64,000 nucleotides of DNA from the IMG/VR virus record IMGVR_UViG_3300046787_000200, positions 62,001 through 126,000 of that record. One strand, 5' to 3'. Made by a program: the position numbers and the translations under genes. How positions within the stretch are numbered: position 1 is the first letter of the stretch; each line of letters starts with the position of its first letter. Below, in pieces: positions 45,697-55,621 of this stretch. The notes under the pieces were generated by a model, which made no database searches, had not been told where the DNA came from, and worked only from the letters and a program-made list of their open reading frames with translations.

Positions 45697-47310
45697 ATGC
45701 CAAAAAATTCAGAATCATTAAACCGCTCGTTATTCGATCTTTTACACAGTAAAGGGTTCGATCCTACTATGCTTGACACCTCAGGTAAGGAAATTCCTAC
45801 CCCAGAAGAAGCAGAAGTATTTCAATTTAATTTCGTTAAAGATGGAGAAAATTACGGAAAAGTAACTATCTCTGTTGACGGATTACACAAACTAGTCATT
45901 TACTTTAGTGATGATATAGCAAATAGTGAAAAAGAAGAAAGTCACGGTGAAGATGAATCTTGGTATAAAGTTTTAAATCAATTGAAACGTTTTGCACAAC
46001 GATATCAATTGAGTTTTGAATTACGCAATGTTGATAACTTAAAACATGACATGGCAAAAAGGGAATATATGAAAAAGCAAGAAAGAATATCTGAAGGTTA
46101 CTACCCAATGGGTAAAAAAGCAAGCTACAATGATGCAGTGCCAAATGTAAAAATTGTATTACAGCACACTCGCCAAATTGAAGAAGGTGAGCAACGTTAT
46201 CGTAATATTGCTAAAATCTTCTTAGAGAATAGTGAAGGTGAAAGATTCTTAGCTCCAACTATCAAGCCAGGTATTGCACGTGTGTATGGTCGATTGATTG
46301 CTGAAGGTGATAAGCCCCACGGTGATCGTTGGAATCACGTTACTAGCTTAGTAGAAGAATATCAAAAGATGGGCGCATTCGTTCGTGCTACCCGTAATGG
46401 TCAGTTCAATGAATCAGCACAGCGTTTGGTTAATGAAGGTGTTAACCACTATCAATCACTACGTGAAACATTGAGCAAGATGACTGGTCATCGTGGTTAC
46501 AATACATATTTTGAAAGCTGGACACCATCATTGATGGAAGAAGAATCTGAAGAAACAAATTTAAATGAGTTGTTTGTGCAAGAAACATTAGATCCACGTA
46601 TTGAAAGTGTAATGCCAATACTATCTAAGCTACAAAAGAAAGTAGCAGAGATGAAAGAAGTAGGTGAGTTAAGTGAGTGGGCCGATAGTTTATTAGAAGC
46701 TCCTGGAGCTGAGACATTAAAGCATAATGATGATACAGAAGAAGGTAATCTAAAAGCATTTGACTTAGCTGAAGATGAAGCAGATTTAGAACCAGCCATT
46801 GATGAGTTAGATGAAAATTTCTTTGACAAAATTAAACAAGGAGCTAAGAAACTTGATAGATTAGTAACTGGTGGTGATAAAGAAGATTTATTGAAGAAGT
46901 TACAACAAGATGCAGGTGTTCCAGCTTCAGCACAACACGGTAAGCCAAATATGGCAAAGCCAAATGAAAAAGAAGTAGACGAAAGCGCATTACAAGCATA
47001 CTTGGGTGACAAGAAGTATGGTAAAGATGGTATGGATGCATTACGTAAAGCAGGACAAGAACACGCTAGCGAAAAGAAAATGCAAAACATTCGTGCCAAG
47101 TATAGTAAAAAAGAAGAAGTTGCAGAAGATGAATTTGCCGGCGACTTTAAAACTGGTCCTGCCGGACAATGGCGTAATAAAGGGCCTAAAGCAAATAAGC
47201 CTGCTAAAGTAGGTGACTTGGTTGGTGCAAGCGAGAGTATTGAATCAGATAGTAATGTAGTTGAAGGTCAAGAAGACCTAAATGCTATTAAGCGTTTATT
47301 GGGTAAGTAA
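45697..47310 (+). CDS. Acidic late protein, possibly head-associated
   Basis: Long ORF after terminase, GATAAATA 4 nt upstream, many (I/L/V)-x-E sites. Confidence 0.7.
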   Translation: MPKNSESLNRSLFDLLHSKGFDPTMLDTSGKEIPTPEEAEVFQFNFVKDGENYGKVTISVDGLHKLVIYFSDDIANSEKEESHGEDESWYKVLNQLKRFAQRYQLSFELRNVDNLKHDMAKREYMKKQERISEGYYPMGKKASYNDAVPNVKIVLQHTRQIEEGEQRYRNIAKIFLENSEGERFLAPTIKPGIARVYGRLIAEGDKPHGDRWNHVTSLVEEYQKMGAFVRATRNGQFNESAQRLVNEGVNHYQSLRETLSKMTGHRGYNTYFESWTPSLMEEESEETNLNELFVQETLDPRIESVMPILSKLQKKVAEMKEVGELSEWADSLLEAPGAETLKHNDDTEEGNLKAFDLAEDEADLEPAIDELDENFFDKIKQGAKKLDRLVTGGDKEDLLKKLQQDAGVPASAQHGKPNMAKPNEKEVDESALQAYLGDKKYGKDGMDALRKAGQEHASEKKMQNIRAKYSKKEEVAEDEFAGDFKTGPAGQWRNKGPKANKPAKVGDLVGASESIESDSNVVEGQEDLNAIKRLLGK

Positions 47311-48720
47311 ATGAAAATATCAGCGTTGTTAAGAGAAGCACAAAAAGGCCCTACATTATCCTTAGATCAGGATTTAATGCAGAGAGCTATGTTAAGGTTC
47401 CCTGGCTATGATAGCCAACAGGCACTATCATTATACATAGCTGATAAGGCTTCTCAACAACAAAAAACTGATGCGGCACAAAACAATTTAATCACTAAAC
47501 AACAAAACGCTATATCATCCTTGGGTCAAGAATTACAAAATTATGAAGCACAAGCACAAGAGACTGACCGTGAAGTTGAAAGATTAAAACAACTAAGTGG
47601 TGCATTGACAACTGGTAGTGCTGATAGACAACAGAAGGCTAAAGTAAGTGCTGATGAGTTAGAGAAGCTACAGAAAGATTTAGAAGCACTGAAGACTAAA
47701 CCAAACTTAGATCCAGAAAAATATAAAGAGATTGAACAACAGATTACTGCTTTGGCTAATAGTGCCGGCGCAGAAGATGAAGATGTTAAGAAATTACAAA
47801 ATTTAGTTAATAATATACAAACTAAAGCAACTATTAACTACGATGATGTATCTGCCCAACTTGCAAAGACACAACAAGATTTAGCAAGTAAAGAAGAAAG
47901 ATTTTCAAAATACATAAGAAAGACTGGCGAGAAAGCAAGAACCAGTTCTGAAGAAATTAAAAAGTATTCTGATATAGTTAATGGTTACAAAAAAGATATT
48001 GAAAACTTTGATAAGTTCATGGCCAGTGAAAAGGATAATATTATTACCTTACGTGGTGAAATTCAACAGCAAGCACAAGAGATTGAAGATATGGCTAGTG
48101 AGTTAGCAAGCAGTATTGGATTTGTAAAACCTTTACTTAAAAATAAGTCTGCTACTATGGCAAAAAATGCAATCGACAATGCAAAAAATTCAGCTACAGA
48201 CGCAACATCAAATGTGCCACAACGACAACTACCTGATATTGAATATGATGATACTGAAGATTTAGAGCCAGAATTGTTTGGCGACGAAGATCAGGAAGAT
48301 GAAACTAAGGTTAACTATAGATATGAAAGCAAAATAGTTGAGCAAACTAATCGTCCGGTAGGTCCTGTACTAGACCATGATCCAAATACAGAAGAATGGT
48401 TAACTAAACACTTGCCAATAATGGTAAGAGACTTTAAAAAACTATTTGCATTAGCGTTAGTTAAGAAAAACCCAACATATAATGATCACCAAATTGCATA
48501 TGCAATTGAAGATATGATAGACATTTTATTTAGCCATGAAGAAAATCCTATATCCAAAGCAACAATGAATGGATTTTATAGTTTGGTTAAAACTAATTTA
48601 TTCCAGCAAGCACCAGAAACATCTACCCTACATATGAAACAAAATAGATTGTTCACCGAGAGTTTAGATAAAACATATTCACGTATGTTGGACAAAATCA
48701 TTGGCTTACCCTACATTTAA
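47311..48720 (+). CDS. Long coiled-coil protein
   Basis: Q/E/K-rich heptads; N-terminal MKISALLRE. Confidence 0.75.
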   Translation: MKISALLREAQKGPTLSLDQDLMQRAMLRFPGYDSQQALSLYIADKASQQQKTDAAQNNLITKQQNAISSLGQELQNYEAQAQETDREVERLKQLSGALTTGSADRQQKAKVSADELEKLQKDLEALKTKPNLDPEKYKEIEQQITALANSAGAEDEDVKKLQNLVNNIQTKATINYDDVSAQLAKTQQDLASKEERFSKYIRKTGEKARTSSEEIKKYSDIVNGYKKDIENFDKFMASEKDNIITLRGEIQQQAQEIEDMASELASSIGFVKPLLKNKSATMAKNAIDNAKNSATDATSNVPQRQLPDIEYDDTEDLEPELFGDEDQEDETKVNYRYESKIVEQTNRPVGPVLDHDPNTEEWLTKHLPIMVRDFKKLFALALVKKNPTYNDHQIAYAIEDMIDILFSHEENPISKATMNGFYSLVKTNLFQQAPETSTLHMKQNRLFTESLDKTYSRMLDKIIGLPYI

Positions 48721-48776
48721 AAGGGTTAAAAACCCATAGAAAAAAATGTGTTTACCCACAAACGGGATAAATACTA

Positions 48777-48805
48777 TTGACATTCAGAGATAGTCTTGCT
48801 ATACT
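48777..48805 (+). promoter_or_regulatory. Sigma70-type promoter of SSB gene, overlapped by inverted repeat
   Basis: TTGACA-17-TATACT; AGAGATAGT...ACTATCTCT; GATAAATA late box at 48766. Confidence 0.75.
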
Positions 48806-48882
48806 ATCTCTAATGTTAGTCACTAATAGGTAGTGGCGAATATTAAAAACGAGACCATCTCAATTTATAAGGAAATAAAATC

Positions 48883-49887
48883 ATGGCATCATTAGCAGAC
48901 ATTCGTGCCCGTATCGCGGCACAAGACAACAAAGCAAACAACAAGGGTACACAAACCCAATCAGATAACTCTATCTACCCCCATTGGAACATTGACGAAG
49001 GCACAACAGCTACTGTTCGTTTCTTGCCTGACGCAAATGGTAACAACACATTCTTCTGGGTAGAACGTCAACTTATTAAGTTGCCATTCAATGGTGTCAA
49101 GGGTGATCCTAACGTAAAACAAACTATCGTTCAAGTTCCATGTATTGAAATGTATGGCACTGGCGAGACATGTCCTATCTTGGCAGAAGTTCGTCCTTGG
49201 TATAAAGACGAAACATTGAAAGAAATGGCAAACAAGTATTGGAAGAAGCGTAGTTATATCTTCCAAGGTTTTGTTCGTCAGAACCCACTAGGTGATGACA
49301 AAGTTCCAGCGAATCCGATTCGCAGATTTGTTATCAGTTCACAGATTTTCAATGTTATTAAATCTAGTTTGATGGATCCAGAAATGGAAGAATTGCCAAC
49401 AGATTACTTGCATGGTGTTGACTTCAACATTAAGAAAACAAGTAAAGGTGGCTATGCTGATTATTCAACTAGTAACTGGGCACGTAAAGAAAGTGCATTA
49501 ACAGAGACAGAACAAGCCGCAATTGAAGCACATGGTTTGTTTAATCTTTCTGACTTCTTGCCTAAGAAACCAGGTGAAGCAGAATTGCGTATCATCAAAG
49601 AAATGTTTGAAGCATCAGTAGATGGTCAACCTTTCGACAATGAACGTTGGGGAGCATATTATCGTCCATATGGATTAGAAGCACCTGCAGGAGCGACAGC
49701 GGAAAAACAAACAGTGTCTGCTGGAACCAGCACCCCCGCGACAGCACCCGTAGCAGAGACTTCAGCACCGTGGGAAGATGAGCCTGCAACTACAACTGCA
49801 CCTGTTCAAGTCCCAACAGCTAGTCCATCAAGCGACAAAGCACAAGACATTCTAGCAATGATTCGTGCTAGACAAAACAAGTCTTAA
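48883..49887 (+). CDS. Single-stranded DNA-binding protein (T4 gp32-like)
   Basis: VRFLPD, PC...CPI, DFNIKKTSKGGYADYSTS; followed by UvsX/UvsY. Confidence 0.88.
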   Translation: MASLADIRARIAAQDNKANNKGTQTQSDNSIYPHWNIDEGTTATVRFLPDANGNNTFFWVERQLIKLPFNGVKGDPNVKQTIVQVPCIEMYGTGETCPILAEVRPWYKDETLKEMANKYWKKRSYIFQGFVRQNPLGDDKVPANPIRRFVISSQIFNVIKSSLMDPEMEELPTDYLHGVDFNIKKTSKGGYADYSTSNWARKESALTETEQAAIEAHGLFNLSDFLPKKPGEAELRIIKEMFEASVDGQPFDNERWGAYYRPYGLEAPAGATAEKQTVSAGTSTPATAPVAETSAPWEDEPATTTAPVQVPTASPSSDKAQDILAMIRARQNKS

Positions 49888-49926
49888 TAGGTGATGGGGC
49901 TTCGGCCCCTTCCTAAGGAGAACTAC

Positions 49927-50160
49927 ATGACACTACCAGACGAACGCTACCGTGCCCTAAAACAGGGCAAGAAGTTGTTGGAAGAATTATGCGATCCAGG
50001 CAAAACACCTCGTGTTCCTAGTTTAATTAGAGATAGAGCAAGGACCGCATTACGACATTTCCCTAACGATTGGGAAATTGATATGTTAACAGACAAATGT
50101 CCAGATATGCTAGACAAACAACCGTTTAGTGTATATAATAACGGCATACACAAACAATAA
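49927..50160 (+). CDS. Hypothetical protein
   Basis: AAGGAG SD, MTLPDERYRAL...LRHFP. Confidence 0.75.
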   Translation: MTLPDERYRALKQGKKLLEELCDPGKTPRVPSLIRDRARTALRHFPNDWEIDMLTDKCPDMLDKQPFSVYNNGIHKQ

Positions 50161-50168
50161 GGATTATA

Positions 50169-51236
50169 ATGGCAAAACCATTCGACATTAGTAAATTTAG
50201 AAAAGATATTACAAAAAGTATTGATGGTCTATCAATCGGATTTAATGATCCGACGGATTGGATCTCGACAGGAAATTATGCTCTCAATTACCTCATTAGT
50301 GGTGATTTTAATAAAGGCGTTCCTCTTGGTAAAGTTACTGTCTTTGCCGGAGAGTCAGGTGCAGGAAAATCATTCATCTGCTCAGGAAACCTTGTTAGAC
50401 ACGCACAAGAACAAGGAATCTTTGTAGTCTTAATTGACACAGAGAACGCACTAGATGAAGCGTGGCTACACGCACTCGGTGTATCTACTGACGAAGATAA
50501 ACTATTGAAGTTGAATATGGCTATGATTGATGATGTAGCTAAAACAATTTCAGAGTTTATGAAGTCATACAAAGTATTGCCTGAAACAGACAAGCCGAAA
50601 GTTCTTTTCGTCTTAGATAGTTTAGGTATGCTATTGACACCTACTGACGTTAATCAGTTTGAAGCAGGTGATATGAAAGGTGATATGGGTCGTAAGCCTA
50701 AAGCACTAACAGCACTTGTTCGTAACTGTGTTAATATGTTCGGTAGTCACAATGTTGGATTAGTCGCAACTAATCACACATATGCTTCACAAGATATGTT
50801 TGACCCAGATGATAAAATCAGTGGTGGTCAAGGTTTCGTTTACGCATCAAGTATTGTAGTTGCGATGAAGAAACTGAAACTTAAAGAAGATGAAGATGGT
50901 AATAAGATTAGTGATGTGCGAGGTATTCGTGCGGCATGTAAGATTATGAAAACTCGTTATGCAAAACCATTTGAATCTGTACAAGTTAAGATCCCTTATG
51001 AAACAGGTATGAGCCCTTACTCAGGTATGCTAGATATGATTGAGAAGGCTGAACTTGTTAAGAAAGAAGGTAACTCATTAGTCTATACAACACTTGATGG
51101 AGAAATTATTAAGAAGTTTCGTAAAGCATGGGAATCAAATACTGACGGTTGCTTAGATAAAGTAATGAGTGAGTATGGACAAAAGGCAACAACAAAGATA
51201 AGTAATGTAACACCGGAGGAGGATGTTACAGAATGA
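50169..51236 (+). CDS. uvsX: RecA-like recombinase (UvsX)
   Basis: ISTGNYALN, GESGAGKS, IDTENALD, LDSLG, SGGQG. Confidence 0.93.
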   Translation: MAKPFDISKFRKDITKSIDGLSIGFNDPTDWISTGNYALNYLISGDFNKGVPLGKVTVFAGESGAGKSFICSGNLVRHAQEQGIFVVLIDTENALDEAWLHALGVSTDEDKLLKLNMAMIDDVAKTISEFMKSYKVLPETDKPKVLFVLDSLGMLLTPTDVNQFEAGDMKGDMGRKPKALTALVRNCVNMFGSHNVGLVATNHTYASQDMFDPDDKISGGQGFVYASSIVVAMKKLKLKEDEDGNKISDVRGIRAACKIMKTRYAKPFESVQVKIPYETGMSPYSGMLDMIEKAELVKKEGNSLVYTTLDGEIIKKFRKAWESNTDGCLDKVMSEYGQKATTKISNVTPEEDVTE

Positions 51237-51484
51237 GTTTAAATTTTGTTGCTGAAGTATGGGACGCTATGCGTTCCCATATTGATTTCAATGAGCGTAG
51301 TGATGCTGCCGACACATTGATTAATCTGTTGATTGATAACAATTATGAAACAGAAGATATCAAAGATGCTTTCAGGGGTGACAAGGAAGTGCTTAGTGCA
51401 TTGAAAGGTTACGCTGAACAACATGATGTTGAAGATGACTATGAAGAATATGATGACGATAACGACACAGACGAATGGGATTAA
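51233..51484 (+). CDS. Acidic hypothetical protein
   Basis: ATGA-coupled ORF. Confidence 0.75.
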   Translation: MSLNFVAEVWDAMRSHIDFNERSDAADTLINLLIDNNYETEDIKDAFRGDKEVLSALKGYAEQHDVEDDYEEYDDDNDTDEWD

Positions 51485-51946
51485 ATGTCAAATTGGTACA
51501 CACGAGTATCGCAAAATTTGGGTGTAATACCCGATTTCATATTGCACTTTGAAACTGAATTAGTATCTGCAAAACAAGAGGTAAAGGTATACGGTAATGT
51601 TGAAAAGAACATTGCCGCTATTCCGGGCGTTACCGAACATCGTTTCAATCAACTACAAGAGATAGAAGCAGTATTGAACTATCTCAATATTAAATTAAGG
51701 CAAATTCGCCGAAAACATTTTCAAAAATACCTAGAGGCGTATAATAGAGCTTTAACAAGCCGTGATGCTGAAAAGTATGTTGATGGTGAAGATGAAGTAG
51801 TTGATTTTGAAACACTTATCAATGAAGTGGCATTGTTAAGAAATAAGTGGTTGGGCATTATGAAGGGTCTTGAAGCTAAACAATGGCAGATGGGTCACAT
51901 CGTAAGATTACGCACAGCTGGTATGGAAGATATCACAATAGGATAA
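51485..51946 (+). CDS. uvsY: Recombination mediator (UvsY-like)
   Basis: Helical protein, AEKYVDGE...KGLEAKQWQMGHIVRLRTAG, downstream of uvsX. Confidence 0.7.
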   Translation: MSNWYTRVSQNLGVIPDFILHFETELVSAKQEVKVYGNVEKNIAAIPGVTEHRFNQLQEIEAVLNYLNIKLRQIRRKHFQKYLEAYNRALTSRDAEKYVDGEDEVVDFETLINEVALLRNKWLGIMKGLEAKQWQMGHIVRLRTAGMEDITIG

Positions 51947-51948
51947 AA

Positions 51949-52770
51949 ATGTCAAATTATACAAACCCTTGGCAAATAGGTGCCGCTAGCGCAATTGCCG
52001 GCTCTGCTATGAATCTACAAGCCGCAAGCCAGAATACAATTTCATTAAGTAGTTTAAATTCCGCCGGCGGCATTGACTTTGATTGGAACCATCTAACTAA
52101 CGGATTGAATTCTAATGTTAAGAAATATGAAGTATATGAAATCAGCCAAGACCTATTAGCATTAAGCGTATGCTGGGCACGATATCGAAAAGTTAGAAAT
52201 GAACCTGGTATACACCCTACTATCACTAAGTTATTGGATAGTGAGTTGTTTCGTTTAGTAACGGCTGAAGATATCGAACAAGCAAACATCATCCGTGATT
52301 ACTATAGTAAGAAAATCATGGTATGGAAGCTTAAGAACATTACACTTACTGCTTTCCGTGAAGATTTAAATACATTTGTGCATAGTGATGGTAAAACATT
52401 TAAAGAGTCTATGTTGCCATTGGTATATCGTTTGCCTGAGTTTTACGAGTATGATGTTGAGTTTGAACAAATGTTATTTGATTATAATAAAGAAGTTAAA
52501 CGACACGATGCTCAATTTGTAACTGATTCTAAGCAATTGAAATTCGTAAAACAACTTTCAGTTAATACTAAACGACAGAAGCGAAAAGAATATTGGTTCA
52601 GTGATACACATAACAACTTAGTTACGTTTAGTATTGAAACTCATAATTCACTAGTTTCGTTGTTAGACATGACATTGAAAAATAATGACATTAATGTAAT
52701 CGGTAGATACAAAAAATCTATGCGTGATGGTAATGAATATTTAAAAGTTGAGAAGTTTAGTTTTGTTTAA
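51949..52770 (+). CDS. Hypothetical protein
   Basis: Long ORF; start re-set to ATG 51949 after AGGA. Confidence 0.75.
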   Translation: MSNYTNPWQIGAASAIAGSAMNLQAASQNTISLSSLNSAGGIDFDWNHLTNGLNSNVKKYEVYEISQDLLALSVCWARYRKVRNEPGIHPTITKLLDSELFRLVTAEDIEQANIIRDYYSKKIMVWKLKNITLTAFREDLNTFVHSDGKTFKESMLPLVYRLPEFYEYDVEFEQMLFDYNKEVKRHDAQFVTDSKQLKFVKQLSVNTKRQKRKEYWFSDTHNNLVTFSIETHNSLVSLLDMTLKNNDINVIGRYKKSMRDGNEYLKVEKFSFV

Positions 52771-52796
52771 ATACATGCTAAAGTTTAAAGGAAAAA

Positions 52797-53717
52797 ATGA
52801 AAATATTATTGACAGGTAGTTCTGGTTTTATTGGATCTCACCTTACTCCATTGTTAGAAAAAACACATGAGCTATATCACTTGAAAAGTGATTTATTAAA
52901 TCATAAGCAAGTGCAGGAAGAAGTTGCATCGATATCACCTGATATCATTATACACTTGGCGGCTCGTACTGAAGTTGAACAAAGCTTTTATGAACAACTT
53001 ACGTTTAGTGAAATCAATTATGTAGGTACAGTCAATTTGATTGAATCGGCAGCAAAAGTAAAGAATCTTAAGAATTTTGTTTTTGCTAGTACTATGGAAG
53101 TATATGGTTGGCAACCTATTAGTGATATTGTTAAAGCCGGAAATATACCTGACTTTATTGCATTCGATGAAAACACACAACCTAATCCTAACGCACCATA
53201 TGCAGTTGCAAAATATGCATGTGAAAAGTATTTAGAATATGCACATCGTTGTTATAATCTACCATTTACTGCTATTAGACAAACTAATGCATATGGTAGA
53301 GTAGATAATGATTTCTTTGTAACAGAACAAATCATTACACAAATGATTAAAAATCCTAACGAGATTAACTTAGGTTACGGAGAACCATATCGTAATTTCA
53401 TATTCATTGATGATTTATTGAAAGCTTGGATTACTGTTATTGAGAATCCTGATATTGTTCAAGGTAAGATTTTCACTATTGGTCCTGATAATCCTATTAA
53501 GATTAAAGATTATACTAACAAGATTGCACAGAAACTAAATTGGAATGGTGTTATTAATTGGAATACTAAACCACATCGTCCTGGTGAAATATATTGGTTG
53601 AATAGTAATCATAATTTAATCACATCTATTACTGGCTGGAAACCTGCAGTTAGTTTAGATGATGGATTAGATATAACGATTGATATATGGAAAAAGAATT
53701 TACTTAATAGGAAATAA
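52797..53717 (+). CDS. NAD-dependent nucleotide-sugar epimerase/dehydratase
   Basis: TGSSGFIG, HLAA, ASTMEVYG, PYAVAK, RNFIFIDD. Confidence 0.92.
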   Translation: MKILLTGSSGFIGSHLTPLLEKTHELYHLKSDLLNHKQVQEEVASISPDIIIHLAARTEVEQSFYEQLTFSEINYVGTVNLIESAAKVKNLKNFVFASTMEVYGWQPISDIVKAGNIPDFIAFDENTQPNPNAPYAVAKYACEKYLEYAHRCYNLPFTAIRQTNAYGRVDNDFFVTEQIITQMIKNPNEINLGYGEPYRNFIFIDDLLKAWITVIENPDIVQGKIFTIGPDNPIKIKDYTNKIAQKLNWNGVINWNTKPHRPGEIYWLNSNHNLITSITGWKPAVSLDDGLDITIDIWKKNLLNRK

Positions 53718-54986
53718 TTTCTTATCTCTGAACTCATGCCAAAAATTACTACGCATTTTTTTATTAGCATAAAACGAACTTAATAATTCATAGTTATGCG
53801 TAGTAATAGTCATTGATTTATAGAAAAGTGTTTTCTTCTTTTTCTCATCCCATTCACTTATTTCTTTGCATAATTCTACTACTTTGATTAATCGTTCTAT
53901 TGGATCTTTAATATCATCGTAGCTTTCATCATAAAAATCACTAAATGTTTTGTAACCCATATTACGTAGATTTTCTAATGTTTTATATGGACCTACTACA
54001 ATAAATGGTTGTCTATGAACCATAGGTTTAAATATTTTTTCAGTATTAAAAATCTCACCTACATTAGTTTCGGTTACTACACTTATTAAACTACTTTGAT
54101 AATATGAATCAATTGGTCCATATAATAATGCCATTACTGACGATTCTTTGAATTCATCCAATTCTAATGGTAATGTAGATTCAATTTCATCTATGTAAGA
54201 ATCATTGATATTGTATTTTTCAATTAATTTAGGATCAAGTAAATCTCTTAAAACATTTTCTGATGGTAATCCTGATTGTTTATTTAAAGTAAAATAACTG
54301 TCATCTATTAAGTTAAATTTATTCCATAATAAAAATAAATTAACACGTTGCCATCTATGAACTCTGTTTAAACATAAAAAAGTTTTTTCTATTTTAGAAT
54401 AATCTATATTTTTTGGTAATGCTATATTTTCTTTAGAATTTTTAAATTCATAAATATGTCTACTCGCCATCCATTCAAAATATTCTAAACATGATATATT
54501 CATACCTTTATTTAAAGGGATACTATGTCTAAAACAATAATCATTATATTGGTCATTACCATTAGTATTACCGGTTTGTAATATAACTTTATTAAGTGGA
54601 ATCTTTTTCGAATATACATATCGATGAATGGTTTGAATTACATGATCGGTAATAGCACACTCATTACCTAAATCTAAAAATAAATATCCATTTCTACCGC
54701 ATATACTATTATAAACATTAAGTGATATTGAAGTAGATGCTAAAATATCAATTTCCGGATTCATTGGCCACTCATTTGGACCCAAAGATATTCTTATTGG
54801 ATATATGAATAAATCATTATCATTTAGTGTTAATGTAGGGACACAATCATACCCACCTACTTTATTAAAAAATTCATAAGTACCATTATCTATTTCTAAT
54901 TCGGATAATGGTCTATTAAAGTTTTGATTGTTGACTAACGGAAAAGTGGGTGAAAAGTAGTCAAAAGCAACAAGGATTCTGTTCAT
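53700..54986 (-). CDS. Hypothetical protein, possibly glycosyltransferase-like; only convincing minus-strand gene
   Basis: 428 aa; FLCLNR, SVVTET, TEKIFKPM...PFIVVG, GYKTF...DESYD; CATAAATA 6 nt upstream on minus strand. Confidence 0.75.
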   Translation of the reverse strand: MNRILVAFDYFSPTFPLVNNQNFNRPLSELEIDNGTYEFFNKVGGYDCVPTLTLNDNDLFIYPIRISLGPNEWPMNPEIDILASTSISLNVYNSICGRNGYLFLDLGNECAITDHVIQTIHRYVYSKKIPLNKVILQTGNTNGNDQYNDYCFRHSIPLNKGMNISCLEYFEWMASRHIYEFKNSKENIALPKNIDYSKIEKTFLCLNRVHRWQRVNLFLLWNKFNLIDDSYFTLNKQSGLPSENVLRDLLDPKLIEKYNINDSYIDEIESTLPLELDEFKESSVMALLYGPIDSYYQSSLISVVTETNVGEIFNTEKIFKPMVHRQPFIVVGPYKTLENLRNMGYKTFSDFYDESYDDIKDPIERLIKVVELCKEISEWDEKKKKTLFYKSMTITTHNYELLSSFYANKKMRSNFWHEFRDKKLFPIK

Positions 54987-55013
54987 AATTTTTATTTATG
55001 TTTGGGTCAAAGG

Positions 55014-55042
55014 TTGACAATAAATCAGTTTGGGCGTACAAT
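55014..55042 (+). promoter_or_regulatory. Phage early promoter
   Basis: TTGACA-ATAAATC...-TACAAT, 17-nt spacer. Confidence 0.8.
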
Positions 55043-55073
55043 ACATGTATTGAATCAATTAAAGGAGATTGCG

Positions 55074-55316
55074 ATGAAAGTTCTTTACACTAGCCCGTTT
55101 TCTAAGTATACAGATGGCACTTATCGTAAGTTTATGATTCCGGTAAAAGCATTGTCAACATATGCAAAACGTGATGCCGCACTTATCCAAATGTCTGCAT
55201 TAGGCGGAATCCATGCTCAACCCACTAAAGAATTCATGTCACTCCGCAAAGTTATGATGACAGCCAAGCGTAAGATTGAGCGTGAGGGTTGGTTTAGTGA
55301 GCCAGTTTTTGACTAA
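55074..55316 (+). CDS. Hypothetical early protein
   Basis: AAGGAG SD before ATG 55074. Confidence 0.72.
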   Translation: MKVLYTSPFSKYTDGTYRKFMIPVKALSTYAKRDAALIQMSALGGIHAQPTKEFMSLRKVMMTAKRKIEREGWFSEPVFD

Positions 55317-55319
55317 AAT

Positions 55320-55348
55320 TTGACAATAAATGGACATTGTGCTATAAT
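55320..55348 (+). promoter_or_regulatory. Phage early promoter
   Basis: TTGACA-ATAAATG...-TATAAT. Confidence 0.85.
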
Positions 55349-55379
55349 AGAATCTTAAACAGTCAACTAAAGGAATCAA

Positions 55380-55562
55380 ATGATTACAACTATTGCTGAA
55401 TTTATTCAAAAATGTGAAGTGTCTACGAACGATCAAATTTATGATATGTTTGAATTTAATTGTTCTGATGAAGTTAGGGCTGATGTTTATTTCTGGGCCA
55501 ACCCCGCAAGCTCGGAACCATTCCGTAGTGCTATGTATAATCTTGGCTTTACTGAATATTGA
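55380..55562 (+). CDS. Hypothetical early protein
   Basis: AAGGA SD, own promoter. Confidence 0.7.
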   Translation: MITTIAEFIQKCEVSTNDQIYDMFEFNCSDEVRADVYFWANPASSEPFRSAMYNLGFTEY

Positions 55563-55587
55563 CAATAAATGGCATTCGTGCTATAAT
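55559..55587 (+). promoter_or_regulatory. Phage early promoter
   Basis: TTGACA-ATAAATG...-TATAAT. Confidence 0.85.
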
Positions 55588-55621
55588 ACTTGTATTGATT
55601 GATTAACACACAGGAGCAACT

